64,000 nucleotides of DNA, from NCBI GenBank assembly GCA_951406725.2, contig OX597815.1:22444001-22508000 (forward strand), in the 5' to 3' direction. Shown in pieces: positions 24,713-39,099 of the stretch. This DNA comes from Octopus vulgaris (taxonomy: Eukaryota). The notes below the pieces were generated by a model. It had not been told where the DNA came from. It searched no databases and saw only the letters and a program-made list of their open reading frames with translations. Both the position numbers and the translations under genes were made by a program. Position 1 is the stretch's first letter. Each line of letters starts with the position of its first letter.

Positions 24713-26995
24713 GTAAAGTATAGTTGTTAAGATGCTAAAGAAAAGTAATGAGTAGTGGGGCAGCCTTTGATATTTATTGAAATACCTAAAGTTTACCTGA
24801 CATGCCTCACAAGTAAATTGTTCCAACACTTCTGTCTAATATTTTTGCTCACGCTTTTGTCCATACTACATTAAACACTAAATGCCACCCTCTCGGAAAT
24901 GTCACATAACTAATGCCTGTTATACATTTTACTTCGATTTGTTGTGGTTGTTGCACTTCATATATTTGTCATGGTTGAGTTGCTAACATTTTGGTGTTAA
25001 TTTATTGCATTGCCAATTTTGTTGTTAGGTTTCTGTTATTGTTGCTTTGTTAACATTTAGAATATTGTCGCTATAGTTGTTGATTTTCAAAACTATTTGG
25101 TGTTTTTATTAATCCTATTACTGTCATTATAAACATTTTATTGTTTTCGTTACATTTCACGCAGGACTCGGATTTTTTTTTTTAGTTTTCCTTCTGTTGC
25201 TATTTTTATTGCTGTTATAATAATTTTGTTTAAAGTCTTAAGTTACTTTATCGTTAATAAGCAAACATACGGTATCTCGACAACTATGTCAGAAGGACAA
25301 AACATAAATCTAATTTTAAAAGTTCTCATTAAATGTCGAGTACATTCTCTTTCAATTCTGGTATGAGTTCTTTAGTTCAGTGTTCTAAGTATTTAGATTT
25401 CTTTTTTAACTCTTTGAATATCAAATATAGTGTGATAACAGAAAAAATGGATCTTTTCTGTTTGGTTGCCAGCGGCTGCTAGTGTTGATTTTCTTTTCGA
25501 ATTGATTTCATATTCAGTGTAATGATACACTTTTATAGGCTAATTATTGACGTGAAAGTGGTTTTTGCTTTTAATCAATTGATACAGAATTATTAGTAAT
25601 TAAAGTTTGAAAATTTTGGTATTTTAGCGAATCGTAAACCACATCTGTTTCGATAGTAACAAAGGAAAGATGAGAATTCTTTTGCCTGTTGCCATAGCAA
25701 CAGTCTTTGAAAAGTCTTCGATGAAGCATGTGTTGACAGTAGTCTTTGAAAAGTCTTTTATCTGCAAGGAAGCGCGTGTTGATTATTTATAAACATGTAC
25801 ATCTTTTGGAACATTGTCATTTTATAAGATTTTGCCGGCAAATTTTTAAGTTAACATTAAGATTTATTTACGTGAAAGAAAATTACCGGAAACATAACAC
25901 GTTTTGTTTACAAATATTGACAACATGTGTTATTTTCAGGATATTGAAACCCTAACCCTAACCCTACGAGCATTGAAACCCTGCCTTTGGTCCAATCGTT
26001 TTACGTTTTTCATTTTTTAATTTTTATTTTGGTAAGTGATCGCCTCACCAACGTTTATTCTATTTCATCACTTGCTGATACTGTGATATTGCTCTCAGCT
26101 TTCACCTTTATCATATATTTTTCTCTGCCAAATTTAAAATTAAGCGTTCTTCTTTCCCCGCTGCAATTCGTTAATTACTGCTTTCCTGTCCATTCGAAAT
26201 TCATTACCATTCAAGCGGTACACTATGAGGGTAGCTATAAATTCACAATAGCCTGTATACGCTGAAAGTTAAGAAAATTGCCATCTGCAATTTCTTCATA
26301 CCAAAACTCTCCTATTCTAAACTGTCATCTCATTTCACCAATCAAGATTTTCATTTTATGTTAAACCATGCTATAATTTCATACTATAATTTCAGTGCAA
26401 AATGAACGCTTCCTTCAACACTACCTTCATCTTTCAGTCATTAGCACAACCGAGAGGGGTTTTTTTACGCTGATACTTTGGATTTTCCACCTGCCTTTTG
26501 CTAAGGAAACGGGTGTTGTTTGGAGTTAAATATTCTGCTAATGAGAAGTTGCATTTTCCCAGAAAGCTAGAATATACTCCAACAATATATAATCACCACA
26601 CCGATTCCAATTAGTGGTACTTCTCCAAACCCATTGTTTAAAAAATTAGCCGCTGAATGCACAGTACCGATCAATCTCGGAAGAAATCGTAACCTATCTG
26701 AACTGGCTTCAATTTTCAATATTCTTCATGGTAACTTCTCCCACGCAGCTGTCTACCATGATTACTATATGCATTACATTCCTAATATCAATGGATTTTT
26801 TCCTTCGATCTGTTTAATTTCTTTGCTCCTGTCTTTATTATCAGGTATTATCATGTGCTATACAACTATACCAGCCTAGCTTCAGTGTTCTGTAAAGCTC
26901 CGAACACATCTTCATGTTGAGATTTGACTCTGCCACCTCAACAACTTTACTCGGGCTTCATTTCCTTCTTAATCTATTGTGTATGCGTTCATATA

Positions 26996-27393
26996 TCTTT
27001 ATATATAAAAGTGAAGTTGTGTGTCTGTCTCCTACGATTTAGATTCCTAACTACTCCCACATTTTGCGGTGCAGTTTAACCAAAACCGGGTATCTTATAG
27101 TCGTGATTCATACCGAGCCCTTCTGGGTATTAGCGCGCATCTATGATGAGTCTACGATTTTAAAAAAAATTGACCATCATTTTTTTCCATTTTAATGCAT
27201 TTTTTCGCTATTATATAAGGGAAGTAACTCTCTAAAAATGTCTACGATGAGTCAACGATTTTTAAAAAAATTTACCATCATTTTTTTCCCATTTTTAATG
27301 CATTTTTTTGCTATTTTTTGGCTATAACTCTCTAAAAATGCTTATATAGTTATTTCCCTTACAAACCCGAGCAATGCCGGGCGATACTGCTAG
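26996..27393 (+). mobile_element. Non-autonomous Helitron
   Basis: A|TCTTTATATATAAAAG 5' end; 3' hairpin cccgagcaatgccggg followed by CTAG|T; internal ~100-bp tandem duplication; no TSD. Confidence 0.88.
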
Positions 27394-28280
27394 TGTAATA
27401 TAAACAGGAAATATATTTATACACGTATGGAACAAATAGATATATGGATATAGATGCAAACGTATATAATTTCCTGCAAATGAAATAAATGATGACTTTC
27501 AATTTATTCTTGCACAACATCAGATTCATTTAAAACCACATTTTATGTGAAATATAGTTTTGGGGTGAGCAAAAGGATAAAGTATTTAAGTGAATCGATG
27601 GCAAGGTCACAGACAATATATTAAATGTTGTCCCGGAAAGTTCTTGTCCTATGACTGAATCTTGAATTATCGATTGTTACTTATGGAACTATCAGGTTTT
27701 CCGATAGCCTAATCTTTCCAACACACGGTGGAGCTACATATTCAAAGCTATCGATCGAGTTAGTTTTCTTGAATAATGGATACAAACATTTCTATCATCA
27801 TTGCATTTACCTGTACATTTTTCACATACGTACGCACGGGTGTATACGTGTGTGTGTGTGTGTGAGTGTGTATGTGTGTGTGTGAGTGTGTGTGTGTGTG
27901 TACGTGTGTGTGTGTGTGTAGTTAATGAATACCGAAAACGTACGCTGCTCCACGTTTCATGCTCAGATAGTGCAGTAATCAGACGGACTTGTCAGGTAAT
28001 TGTTCTGGTACAAATGGTCAGGTAAATGTTCTGGTACAAATGACATGACTACACCGTTAGTAAACTATCTCGTAGTTCTTTCTCGGTATTTTTCTTGTAT
28101 TTTCCGCCGGGTAGCTATGTTATTTAAACCTGAACGGTTAAGGACCATGTATGGTGCGCTATATAGGCTTGTACCATTACTGCACTATCCGAGTAAGGAA
28201 CATCAAGCAGCTTACGTATGGCTCCTGCATTCACACTGTATTGAGTGCGCTTCTTCTGATCCTATCAAGTGCACCATATA

Positions 28281-29150
28281 CAAGAGGAAGTCAAAAATTA
28301 ACTGCACTTTCGTCAAACATTTTTTTTATATTGGTTGCACTGCCTTCGGCGCTCAGATGCTAAGAGGTGGTATTCTTGTGGTTAAGCAACCGCTGATTCA
28401 CCTTGAACACTCCAGTTTTCTTTCTTGTGTTACAAAGTAAACATAACCACTCTACCGGTAGTATGCACCAAGGAAGAACAGGGATCAGTGAAGAACAAAG
28501 ATCAAGGAAGAACAGAGATCCGATTTCTCTGGTCTGAAGGTATTTCAGGGCCTGAAATTCATCGCAGGCTTTAGTAGAATATGTGGCCAGTGTTTTACTG
28601 TGTAGAAGTGTATGAATGAATCGAGAATTTTAAAATGGCCGGATAAGTGTGAAGCACGAAGAGGGAGCAAGATGCCCATCAATCTCCGCTACTGACGTAA
28701 AGATTAAAAAAACTCGAGAGGTGGCTCTAGTGAACCGACGAGTGACCATCGATGAGGTGGCGTATTCTCTGCAAATTATTCATGGTTCGGCATACAAAAT
28801 CTTCCACATGCTTCGCTTCCGTAAAGTCTGTCGAGATGGGTGCTAAGTAAGTTCACCGAAGTGCATAAGCGATCGTGTGGAGATCTGTTCCACGCTTTCT
28901 CACTACCAAAATGACGAAGACGAAACTTTTTAGTCACAGGAGATGATACCTGGATCAATTACTTTGAGCCAGAATTCGAAAGGTAATGGAATGGAAACAT
29001 CTGAATCGCTAGTGAAAAAAAATTCAGGACAACTTTCCGCAGAAAAAGTAACGCTAACGGTTTTCCTGGACGCAAAAGGGCCTATACTGCAACATTACCG
29101 GGAAGAGAGGTATACAGCTACTACTATAAAGTACAGGTGTGCCGGTACTT
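28281..29150 (+). mobile_element. Decayed mariner transposon, 3'-truncated
   Basis: IRFLWSEG..EIHRRL, NRRVTIDEVA, VTGDDTW and KVTLTVFLDAKG across frameshifts; starts after TA. Confidence 0.88.
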
Positions 29151-29553
29151 GATTATGCAACTGTTTCCCTGCATTATGAGATCAAGTTGTGTTTCTTCAG
29201 GCGATTTGTAAATATTATCACCGGAAGTTTAAAAGCTTAGGCTTCAAAAACGCCCTCTCAGTCCGCCGTAGCCTGAATTTAGTAGTAGTCATTGAGCTTA
29301 TCAGGGTGTGTTGTTGCTGAAGGGCCGTTGGTAAACTACTCTGAATGTGTAGATGCAGAGGGATGCTGATTATACCCGATGCATATACACACACGCAGAC
29401 AAATACGGATATGTACTCGCACTCACATACTGACACACATATACATACATACATACATACATACATACATACATACATACATACATACATGCATACATAC
29501 AAACATACATACATACATACATACATACATACATACATACATACATACATACA

Positions 29554-29589
<36 letters not shown>

Positions 29590-31705
29590 TATATAATTTG
29601 GTTTTAGTTCTCAATCTGTATTTTAAAATTTATGTTTACACTTATTATACACTACACTGTTTAACGTATATATTTATACATGCGTGCTTTTAAGAAATAA
29701 AATAGAAAATGGATTTCAAACCTAACAATGGTTCACTGCAGCTTATGGGAGGAGAAGAAATTCATTACCACATATTTTACTCTCAAGAATAGTTCCAGCG
29801 GGTGATTTGAAAGAATGGTTCTAAGATATTTGAGCAGAATGCAGAAAGCTTTTATTGCTATTGCTGTCATCAGACACCAAAAGAAAATATACAAGCATAA
29901 CGATACAGGATCCGTACACGTATTTTTGAACCGTAGTTTCAAAATAGTTCTAAGGGCTAACGAACGAATTAGGTGTCTTTTATAAAGCTCTTTATGCAAG
30001 TACTTTTCCCTGTGTAATATGAGCTGTTGACGTCTCTGTTCAACTTCATCTTTAATGACCTTCATAGCTTTACTTTGAAAGATGTTTAGTTGGTTGTGAG
30101 TATTCATGTGTGCCTGTAAGTTACGCTTAAATCAACACAGAGATGAATGTGTTTCTATGGTATAATCTTGTATCAAAATATTGTATCTACTATATATTAC
30201 ATTCATTAATTTACTCCTAATGTATAATAAATATGATAGGATTAGTATGTGCACATATACAGAAACAGATATATCTACATATAGATTCGACACGCAAAGA
30301 CCATCACACACACACTATTACACATGCTCACGCGCACCATTACTCATGCACACATATACACCATCATATACATACACATGTACGTTACATATGCGTGCAT
30401 GCACGGCTACGTCTTCTGTTTTATCTGAAAAATCCACTCTCTTTTGTTCTTATAACCTCTTCTTTGAAGAAAGCCAGGAACACGCGGAATGAAAACATAC
30501 TTTGGTGAAGCTATGGATTTGCAAAGTAGCCAGACTCTGTTACAAACAAACGTACGTAATTAGATAAACACATATATATATCTACACATATTTATCTTTA
30601 CGCGAATGTGTATGCACTGGAGTAGAAATAATATGTTTGCGTGTGTGTGTGTGTGTGTGCGTGCGTTCGTGCGTGCGTTCGTGCGTGCGTGCGTTCGTGC
30701 GTGCGTGTGTGTATGTACGTATTTATATGTACATATATATATCTGTCTGTCTATGTATGTATATATATATGTATTATATATATGTATATATATGTATACA
30801 CACACATATATATGTATGTATGTAAGTAAGTAAGTATGTATGTATGTATGTATGTATGTATGTATGTATGTATGTATGTATGTATGTATGTATGTATGTA
30901 TGTATGTATACAAACATATATGTATAACGATACACACATGCATAAAAGTATACATGTATCAACATATAATTGCTAGAAGATAACTTACTAGATTAGACTT
31001 TTCGAGTAGATTTGGCCGACTGACCTACTCAACAATATATGGCAGATGTCGGTCATAGTTACTGAAATACTCGACTACATTCGTAAACGTTTAAAAACCT
31101 CAACTCACGGACACTTTTACTATCCTATTGTCAATGAAAAATACCATTAATATTCAATAATTCGACTCTGTAACACAGGCTGTCGATTAAGAAGTTGACT
31201 TTTGATTCCAGAATTTGTCGTTTTGTTAATCATAGTTCTCTTTAGCGTTTTAAAACTAACATTTTAACTTACCTATTTTAATTTCAGCTGCACCTCATAT
31301 TTCTAGTTCGTCAGTCGAATTAATATCTATCTACTGTAGATCTGAATTCATTGAAATTGTCTCCCAAAATTTGTGATGGAGATCTAACTTAACCTAAGCC
31401 AATTCTATATTGCTAACTCTAACAAATGCGATTATATTCACAAGTGCTCAGACGAACAATACTTCATAATGTGTGTTAGTGCGTGCTTGTATAAGTGTGT
31501 ATTTCTGAATTTGAATGTATCATCCCAAAATATTTAACAGTAATTTATGTGTACTATGATAATTCATTGATCTCTTGCATTTTCAGTATATTTTCCGAAC
31601 AAAATTCATTTTCTGAAGTACTGGAAAATAGTAGTCAGTGAGAAAATTACGAGATTGAGTTATTGATTACAAATAGATTAGGAAACATAAAAGACATCAA
31701 CTTAC

Positions 31706-32002
31706 CATTAGCAATCTGATAGTTTACGCTAGCTTTACGACATATAGATCTGAGAAAGACACCTTGTCTAAGACGAGACAATGTAATTCCGCTCTGGTTT
31801 TCCTCGACAGTCAACACCAGTTCTTTATCATTGCCATCATCATCTCCAAAACAAAGATGTTGGTGATAGGCTGGTTGTTGGTATGGGCATTCCCTTGTTT
31901 CTCCACTGACATTGACTTTACGTATGTTCACAATAGTATAAGCCACAATTTCGTGATGTTGGTCATTCGATGTAACGTATAACGATACGTTTGTAATGTC
32001 TC
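31706..32002 (-). CDS. Ret: RET orthologue, exon equivalent to human exon 3 (CLD1 end / CLD2 start)
   Basis: Acceptor gtttcag, donor GTAAGT, 297 nt, phase 1-1. ECPYQQPAYHQHLCFG...LTVEENQSG...RSICRKASVNYQIANG aligns with human ACSSLKPRELCFP...RIRENRPPG...FLCPNISVAYRLLEG. Confidence 0.92.
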
Positions 32003-32129
32003 CTGAAACGCCAAGAATTAATATTAATAAAATATATAAAAAAATATAGCGATCACCCCAACAAAATGAAGGGCAAAAATCCTATAGCTAATAATAAGAA
32101 ATGTTTATAATACAGGCAGAAGGCTACAA

Positions 32130-32294
32130 ATAGGGTTAGTCGATTAAGTGAGCCTCAGTATTTGACTGGTACTTGATTTTATGGTCCTAACTGATTGAAA
32201 GACCTCAGCGGGATTGGAACACAGAACAAAGATTCGGAACAAATACCGTAAAGCATTTTCCCGACACTCTCACGACTGTACCAGCTTGCCGTCT

Positions 32295-32333
<39 letters not shown>

Positions 32334-32630
32334 CGACGACGACGACAGCGACGACGACGACAGCGACGACGACGACAGCGACGACGACGACAGCGACGAC
32401 GACGACGGCGACGATGATGATGATGATGATAATGATGATGACGACGACGATGATGATCCTTTCTGCTTTAGGCCCAAGGCCAGAAATTTTGAGTGAAAGG
32501 GGAATTGATTATGTCGACTCCAGTGTTTAACTGGTACATATTTTATTGAGCCCGAAAATATGAAAGGTAAAGTCGACCATGGTGGAATTTGAACTCAGAA
32601 CGTAAACAGCGAAAGAAATGCCACTAAACA
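32130..32630 (-). mobile_element. Two diverged SINE family B copies flanking a (GAT)n/(GAC)n microsatellite
   Basis: Reverse-complement matches (aactggtac, aaagtcgacc, ggaatttgaactcagaac). Confidence 0.7.
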
Positions 32631-33427
32631 TTTTGTATAGTACTTCAATATTCCTGAAATTGTTAAAAAAAAAACAAGATAAAAAGGTGTAGATGAGAGG
32701 ACATTGCAAAGACAAATTACAGAAATATGTTAAGTGGTTTACGCAAAATCGATTATGGGGAAAAAAATAAACATGGAAAACTGCAATATATACAATGAAT
32801 GAAATTAAGCGGGGCGATACGGCTATAACCACTAGAACAAATCAAAGAACTTCAATGATCCGGGATTTCTCAAAAAGTAAGTGCAGCGAATATAGGCCCT
32901 TTTACTTGAATTATTTTTACGACGTTCACATCCTGTCTATAAAGTTTCGGAGAGAGCAACACTTCACTCTCATACTTCACTTTGACCTATTCTTCAATTT
33001 CTTTTTCGTCATGGAACCTATTTCACCATGACCAGTAGATACAGGGAAAAAACAGTACCCTTAAATTACCAATCCAAAGCGACAGGTGATATAATAAATT
33101 CAGTTCATATCCTGAGCAGCTAAGTGATAACTCAAAAATAAAAAGTCAGCAATGCTCGAAAACTGTACGAATGAGTGTAAATATTTAATTGATCTGCCTA
33201 CATCTCGGATAAGCCCGACCTATGACGCTGGCAGACAAAGAGTTTATCCCAAACCATTACTGCATTATCCGGGCTTCCGAAATAGTCTATTCAGTTGATT
33301 TCCGTTGATGTTAATATTTCCCAAGAACAACGCATTCAGCTCCCTCTACCCGGGCCCCTGTCCTTCGTTCCTATGAGATAAAGTGTTCAGAACTGGGTTG
33401 GGTCTAATTAATTATACTGTCTTCAAA

Positions 33428-33658
33428 GGCGGCGAGCTGGCAGAAACGTTAGCACGCCGGGCGAAATGCGTAGCCGTATTTCGTCTGCCGTTACGTTCTG
33501 AGTTCAAATTCCGCCGAGGTCGACTTTGCTTTTCATCCTTTCGGGGTCGATAAATTAAGTACCAGTTACGCACTGGGGCCGATATAATCGACTTAATCCG
33601 TTTGTCTGTCCTTGTTTGTTCTCTCTGCGTTTAGCCCCTTGTGGGTAGTAAAGAAATA
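33428..33658 (+). mobile_element. SINE family B, full length, with 18-bp TSD
   Basis: TSD aattatactgtcttcaaa / aattatattgtcttcaaa. Confidence 0.93.
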
Positions 33659-34867
33659 AATTATATTGTCTTCAAAATATGTACTTTGGAGCCTCGCTTT
33701 TTTTTTTTTTGTATAGTAGCATCTTTTCATCGGTCACATTAAATGACCACTTTTCGGAACCGTTTTGCACCCAACGCTCAGCCGATTCTCATTTCTCTCC
33801 TCCTGTTGATTCTGGCTCTTAAGGCATTACTGCAGAAACTAAATGTACTGATGAGTATTCCACAAGAACTGCTACATATGAAGATGGTGCCACTGAGATG
33901 CTATCGGACAAGAGCAATAATTACCTAGTCGGTCGGATTTCAGCTCGCAAACTGAAGTGGCAGCTTAAGATATTTGGGCCTGGTTAAGTACTCTCTTTAG
34001 TTACCTAAGAACTAGAACAATATTACGAAGATGGTGGCGAGCCGCACTCAGAAATGGCTGAGAGGAAGCTATCGTTTAAAGGTTCTTCATTATTCGACGA
34101 AACCTGGTTTTTTATCAACTGTATACTGTTTGCCTTCGCCATCTGTTGATGGAATACTTTTTGTATTTCCAGTTTCTATCATATTTCATAATTTCTGCTT
34201 TTTTTCTGTGCATTTTCTCACACAATTTTCTGAGTTACATCTATACATTTATCTTCTTTTCTGCTAATATATAATCCTACCAATGCTATGTTTTGTGTGT
34301 CTTGTACCGTGGGTACTTGACGGTTCCCTCTTAGTATATAAAATTTACTCATAAAGATTCGTTGATGTAACTTGTACACTGTTCATAGCTTTCTCGAGCA
34401 CCTATCTATTACATGAAATTCGTTTTTAATGTACTGAACGAAGGCTGTACCGTATCTCAGTATTTTTATTTCTAGATATTGATTCCTTTAATGACATTCC
34501 TTCCATTTAATTCTGAACCTACACACGTATCTTTTTCAACATTATCTTTCATTTTTATTCTGTTTCATCTCCTCTTACAGCACACTCAAATATACACATT
34601 TTCACCTGTCTTCCGTAATCTTTTTGCTTTATTTTCTGGAATAGGAATTTTCTCCAACTTCTCTCTTTTTCATCTTTTTAGGAAAAAATATGGAACGTTT
34701 GTTAATACAAAACTACATCATAATATTTTAGTTGGAATTTCTTACCGATTGGATCAAAGAATCCACCTTCTAACGTTCAGAGTAAAGTTTCATAATATTC
34801 ATAAACATGAGATCTATTCGTTCAACGCCTTTGTACTTCTGTAATATATCTATATCTATCTATCTAG

Positions 34868-34899
<32 letters not shown>

Positions 34900-34903
<4 letters not shown>

Positions 34904-35095
34904 ATTTCAAATTTACAGAAAACAAAAGACGGAAACAGGTGAGGGAACAACAAGCACGTGTACTAGTCTGACGGTTGGGAAGAATGGAGAAGTCTTCGAC
35001 GTTCCGAGCCAACGTTCTTCGAAAGAAAAGTTTGAGAGGAAAACAATGGAGAGAGAATGAAAAAAAAAACACGGAGAGAGAAAAAAATGTGCAGG
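34900..35095 (-). mobile_element. Penelope terminal-repeat fragment with a degenerate hammerhead
   Basis: Homologous to 19270-19440 and, in reverse, to 61500-61670. Confidence 0.7.
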
Positions 35096-35127
35096 GTTTA
35101 ACAGTTCACATATTTACACATACATAC

Positions 35128-35183
35128 AAATATATTGGGTCATCATTACTGAAAATGTTGCCATTCAAAGAATTTTGAAAGCT

Positions 35184-35257
<74 letters not shown>

Positions 35258-35442
35258 AATTTTACAACCTTATATACGAAAATTCACTGCTGTATTCGTC
35301 CCTTTGTAAAATATATTGGGTCATCGTTATTGAAAATTTTGCTATTCAAAGAATTTTGAAAGCTTATATATATATATACATATAAAGAATTTCACAACCT
35401 TATATACGAAAATTCACTGCTATATTCGTCCCTTTGTAAAAT
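35128..35442. repeat. Tandem duplication, each unit containing a (TA)n tract
   Basis: aaatatattgggtcatc...gaaagct(TA)n...attcgtccctttgtaaaat occurs twice. Confidence 0.9.
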
Positions 35443-36140
35443 GTGTGGCAGCAAAAACGAAGTGACCTCAGATATTGCGAGTGTAGCAAGCGGGCCCAAA
35501 TGCATTACAAAAAGAGGCGCGATAACGTTGCTAAGTTCGTCTACTGGAGGCTATGTGAAAAGTACGGCCTTAACAGAGCATGAAAATGGTACGAACATGA
35601 ACCAAAAGAAGTCACCGAGAGCAAGGAATATAAGATACTGTGGGATTTTACAATCCAATGTGACTCCTTAATCGCGGCTCGGAGACCAGATATTGTTGTG
35701 GTAGATAGGGAAAAAAAGAAAACCAAGATTATTGATATTGCAATACCTAGGGACGCACGCATATGTGACAAAGAACTAGAAAAGATTGAAAAGTACAGAC
35801 TACTAAAAGACGAAATTGCAAGAATGTGGACTATGAGGAGAGTATCAGTCATTCCTGTTGTTGTAGGGGCACTCGGAGCACTAAAAACCAAGTTCAAGAA
35901 ATATGCAAGAGAAATCGGAATTGACATGAGAGTAGAGTAAAACAAACCCCCCAAAACTGCTCTGCTGGGACGGCTAAGATTTTGAGATTGGTATTTGGAT
36001 GTTGAATGCCTTCTATGATAATTAGCAATCAAATATCAAAGGCTTATAAAGTGCTGAAAGAGACTCTGTGAGACATCTGACAGCAAGCTGCTGCCCGCTC
36101 TCACAGAATCTACCAGAGCAAACAACACCGAGCGCTCTGA
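35441..36140 (+). mobile_element. R4/Dong-clade retrotransposon 3' end (RLE domain + 3' UTR)
   Basis: ILWDFTIQCD..RRPDIVVVDREKKKTKIIDIAIPRD..KELEKIEKY..IPVVVGALGA. 3' UTR matches 14410-14530 in reverse and ends in (AAC)/(AAT)n. Confidence 0.92.
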
Positions 36141-36197
36141 GAACAACAACAACAACGACATTGACAATAATAATAATAACAGCAACAGCAACAACAA

Positions 36198-36244
<47 letters not shown>

Positions 36245-36291
36245 ATAATAATAATGATAATAATAATAATAATAATGATAATAAATTTGAA

Positions 36292-36386
<95 letters not shown>

Positions 36387-36389
36387 CAG

Positions 36390-36860
36390 GAACGAGTATG
36401 TGTTTATATCTACTGGACAATATGCCAACACAATAATATAAAAACTAACAATAAATGGTATAAACATGTGCCAAAATAAGGTACCTAACAACGATCAGGC
36501 CACAGTCATCTGGGATATACCTTTTCAAACTGACAAAGATATGAAAGATAATCGCCCAGACATAATAATCAAAGATTGTAAAAAAAAAAAACAATCTCCT
36601 TACTGACGGACATTGCAGTCCCTTCTGACCAAAATATTGACCCCCCCCCCCCGAAACAACTGGAGAAATTGTCACAATACAAAGACCTTTAAATAGAAGT
36701 AGCCAAGATGTGCGACATGAAAATCAAAACAATACCAGTAATAATAAGGAGTATTGAATATGATTTAAAAAACGTATGAACAAAACGGAGAAGCTATAGC
36801 TGGACCCTCAACACTACACACTATCCAAAAAATAGTCTTGTTAGGAACAGCCCATGAACT
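36390..36860 (+). mobile_element. Second R4/Dong-clade RLE fragment, decayed
   Basis: WYKHVP..WDIPFQTDK..NRPDIIIKD..DIAVPSD..YKDL..IQKIVLLGTA. Confidence 0.8.
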
Positions 36861-37196
36861 AATAATTCAATAGTACAACCCAAATAAGACATTCCACAAA
36901 CACAAGACACTCTATATAGCAAATATCCACTAAAATAAACAATCCCTTCATCATGTACTCTACAGGCCGGATACCCAACAAAACACAATTCGCATTACAC
37001 ATACAACACGCAATGCAAGCACTAATACAAAAAACAGTAACCCAACCCCATAAAAAAACAGACGGATGAAATACAATACCAGGAAGACTTTGCACTCCCC
37101 TAACAACAAAAGAGTAAACATAATACTGCATACACCCTGCCAATACGCAGTTGTAGCAGGTGATGCAATAGAAAACTGCCTGAAAAGTGTATAACG

Positions 37197-37285
<89 letters not shown>

Positions 37286-37329
37286 AATAATAATAATAAT
37301 ACATCGTCAATACAAAAGACGACATGACA

Positions 37330-37565
37330 ATGTGGTAAGAATGGTCCATTGAGAACACTGGAGATTATATCCTACAAAGATCACAGAGGCGGTATGACCG
37401 AATCCCAGACGGAGTTATTAAAAATGAGGATTGCAAAACCTTGTGAGATGCAATGATTCAGTGTGGCCATCAGATTAGACGTTGGAAACCCGACATTGTT
37501 GTTCTGAACAGAAAGGAAACATCATGCCTGATAATCGAATTGACATGTTCTGGTGACAACAAGAG
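37330..37565 (+). mobile_element. Third R4/Dong-clade RLE fragment after (TAA)n/(TGA)n
   Basis: PDGVIKNEDCKTL*DAMIQCGHQIRRWKPDIVVLNRKETSCLIIELTCSGD. Confidence 0.75.
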
Positions 37566-39099
37566 ACGCTTAGACTAGATTTCTCAGTCCAAACTATCGA
37601 AGTCAAATGTCTTTTTGAATTTTCATTCATGAAAAAGCTTTAGGAAAATTTAGGAGAGACTTTTGGAGCAGTTTCATTCACCCACGTAATAAACCTCTCT
37701 CCTTCACCTTTCAGAAAACTTACTCAGCGACAGCACTTGATCTTTTCCACTCTCACCTTTCCCTTTATGTTATACATGCATATGTTGATGATCGTTTGGC
37801 CAAAAGGAAAACCCATGCTCATATTTGTTGCGTCGTGTCCACCATGTCACCTATTTCTACACAAAGGAAAAGCAGTGAATCTGTCTCTACAATGGGCGAG
37901 GCTGAAACATGGATTTGTCCTATTGTAGTAACTGCCATTCTGCTAAACTCCGTAAACCAGGAATGTCAGGACAGTCAGGACACTGAACAAACATGTCCAG
38001 AATGCATTCCTCATCCGCCTACATCTCAGTTAAGGCAGCTGGTGACACTAGTGATTACGGATATATACCGAAATTCCAATGCTCCACGGTACTAGTGCCG
38101 GTCCAAGACCTTTTCAAAATTTATCCATATTACTAGACTAAGGCAACCCTTCAACCTGCCCAGAAAATATAGTCCAGTTAATTTTCTGATACTGAGATAC
38201 TCTACAAATTTCATTTAGTGGATGTAAAACAAACTTGATGTAATTGATATGTGTTCTAGAAAATAGTTATACCCATCAATCAGTTTAAGCAGTTTGCATA
38301 TACAAAAAAAGAAAGTGTCGGGAAACAGAGAGCTACTCATTGTAATACACTAAACTTAACATTAACAAGAGTATGTAAGTATATTAAGAGAAATAAAAAA
38401 AATTTACATCTACACACCCGGAAAAATAATGGTGGAAACACAAAAATAGAAACAAATACGAAGTGGGTAGAAAGCAAGAAATAAAGATGTATTGTATGAA
38501 CAGTTAATCAAGGCAAATAGAAGATAAAGCAGGGGGTGAAAAGTAGATTTGATGAAAGATAGAAAACTAAAGGAATACCCTATCTAGGCTTTGCAGAAAC
38601 ATCAAAACAACAACTGACCGACAACCTCAAGATTACAATAGTTAGATATTTGGCAAATATGACAAGAGAATTAACGAATCACACACACACACATACACAC
38701 ACACACACACAAACACTCATATGAACACACACAAACAAACAAACAAACATAAAAAAATTAAAGTCAGACTACTGGTTAAGGAAAACGTTACATGATGAGG
38801 TTGTTATGCAATATTCAATGTAAACGAAAACCTCTCATAAAACTGAGGGGAAAACACCAACAACCTAAAAAACAATAAGAACCACTGTCAGAATCCAAGA
38901 AAATAGAGGAAACTAACATGTTATTCATTAAGATTTTTGTGAAAGACTAAGCGATATAGGACCGTGTTGACATTGCGAAAATGGATTTGCTGCAATTTGG
39001 GCAATATGCTTATATTTGGAAGGAAAATTGTCTTCCTTAATCGCTCAATGTTAAAAGCAAAACGTTAAGAAGCAAACGTTGACTGCAGTTCAATAGATA

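Noticed and set aside
32205-32530. Poly-Ser / poly-Met-Thr ORFs
   Set aside because: (GAT)n/(GAC)n microsatellite between SINE remnants.
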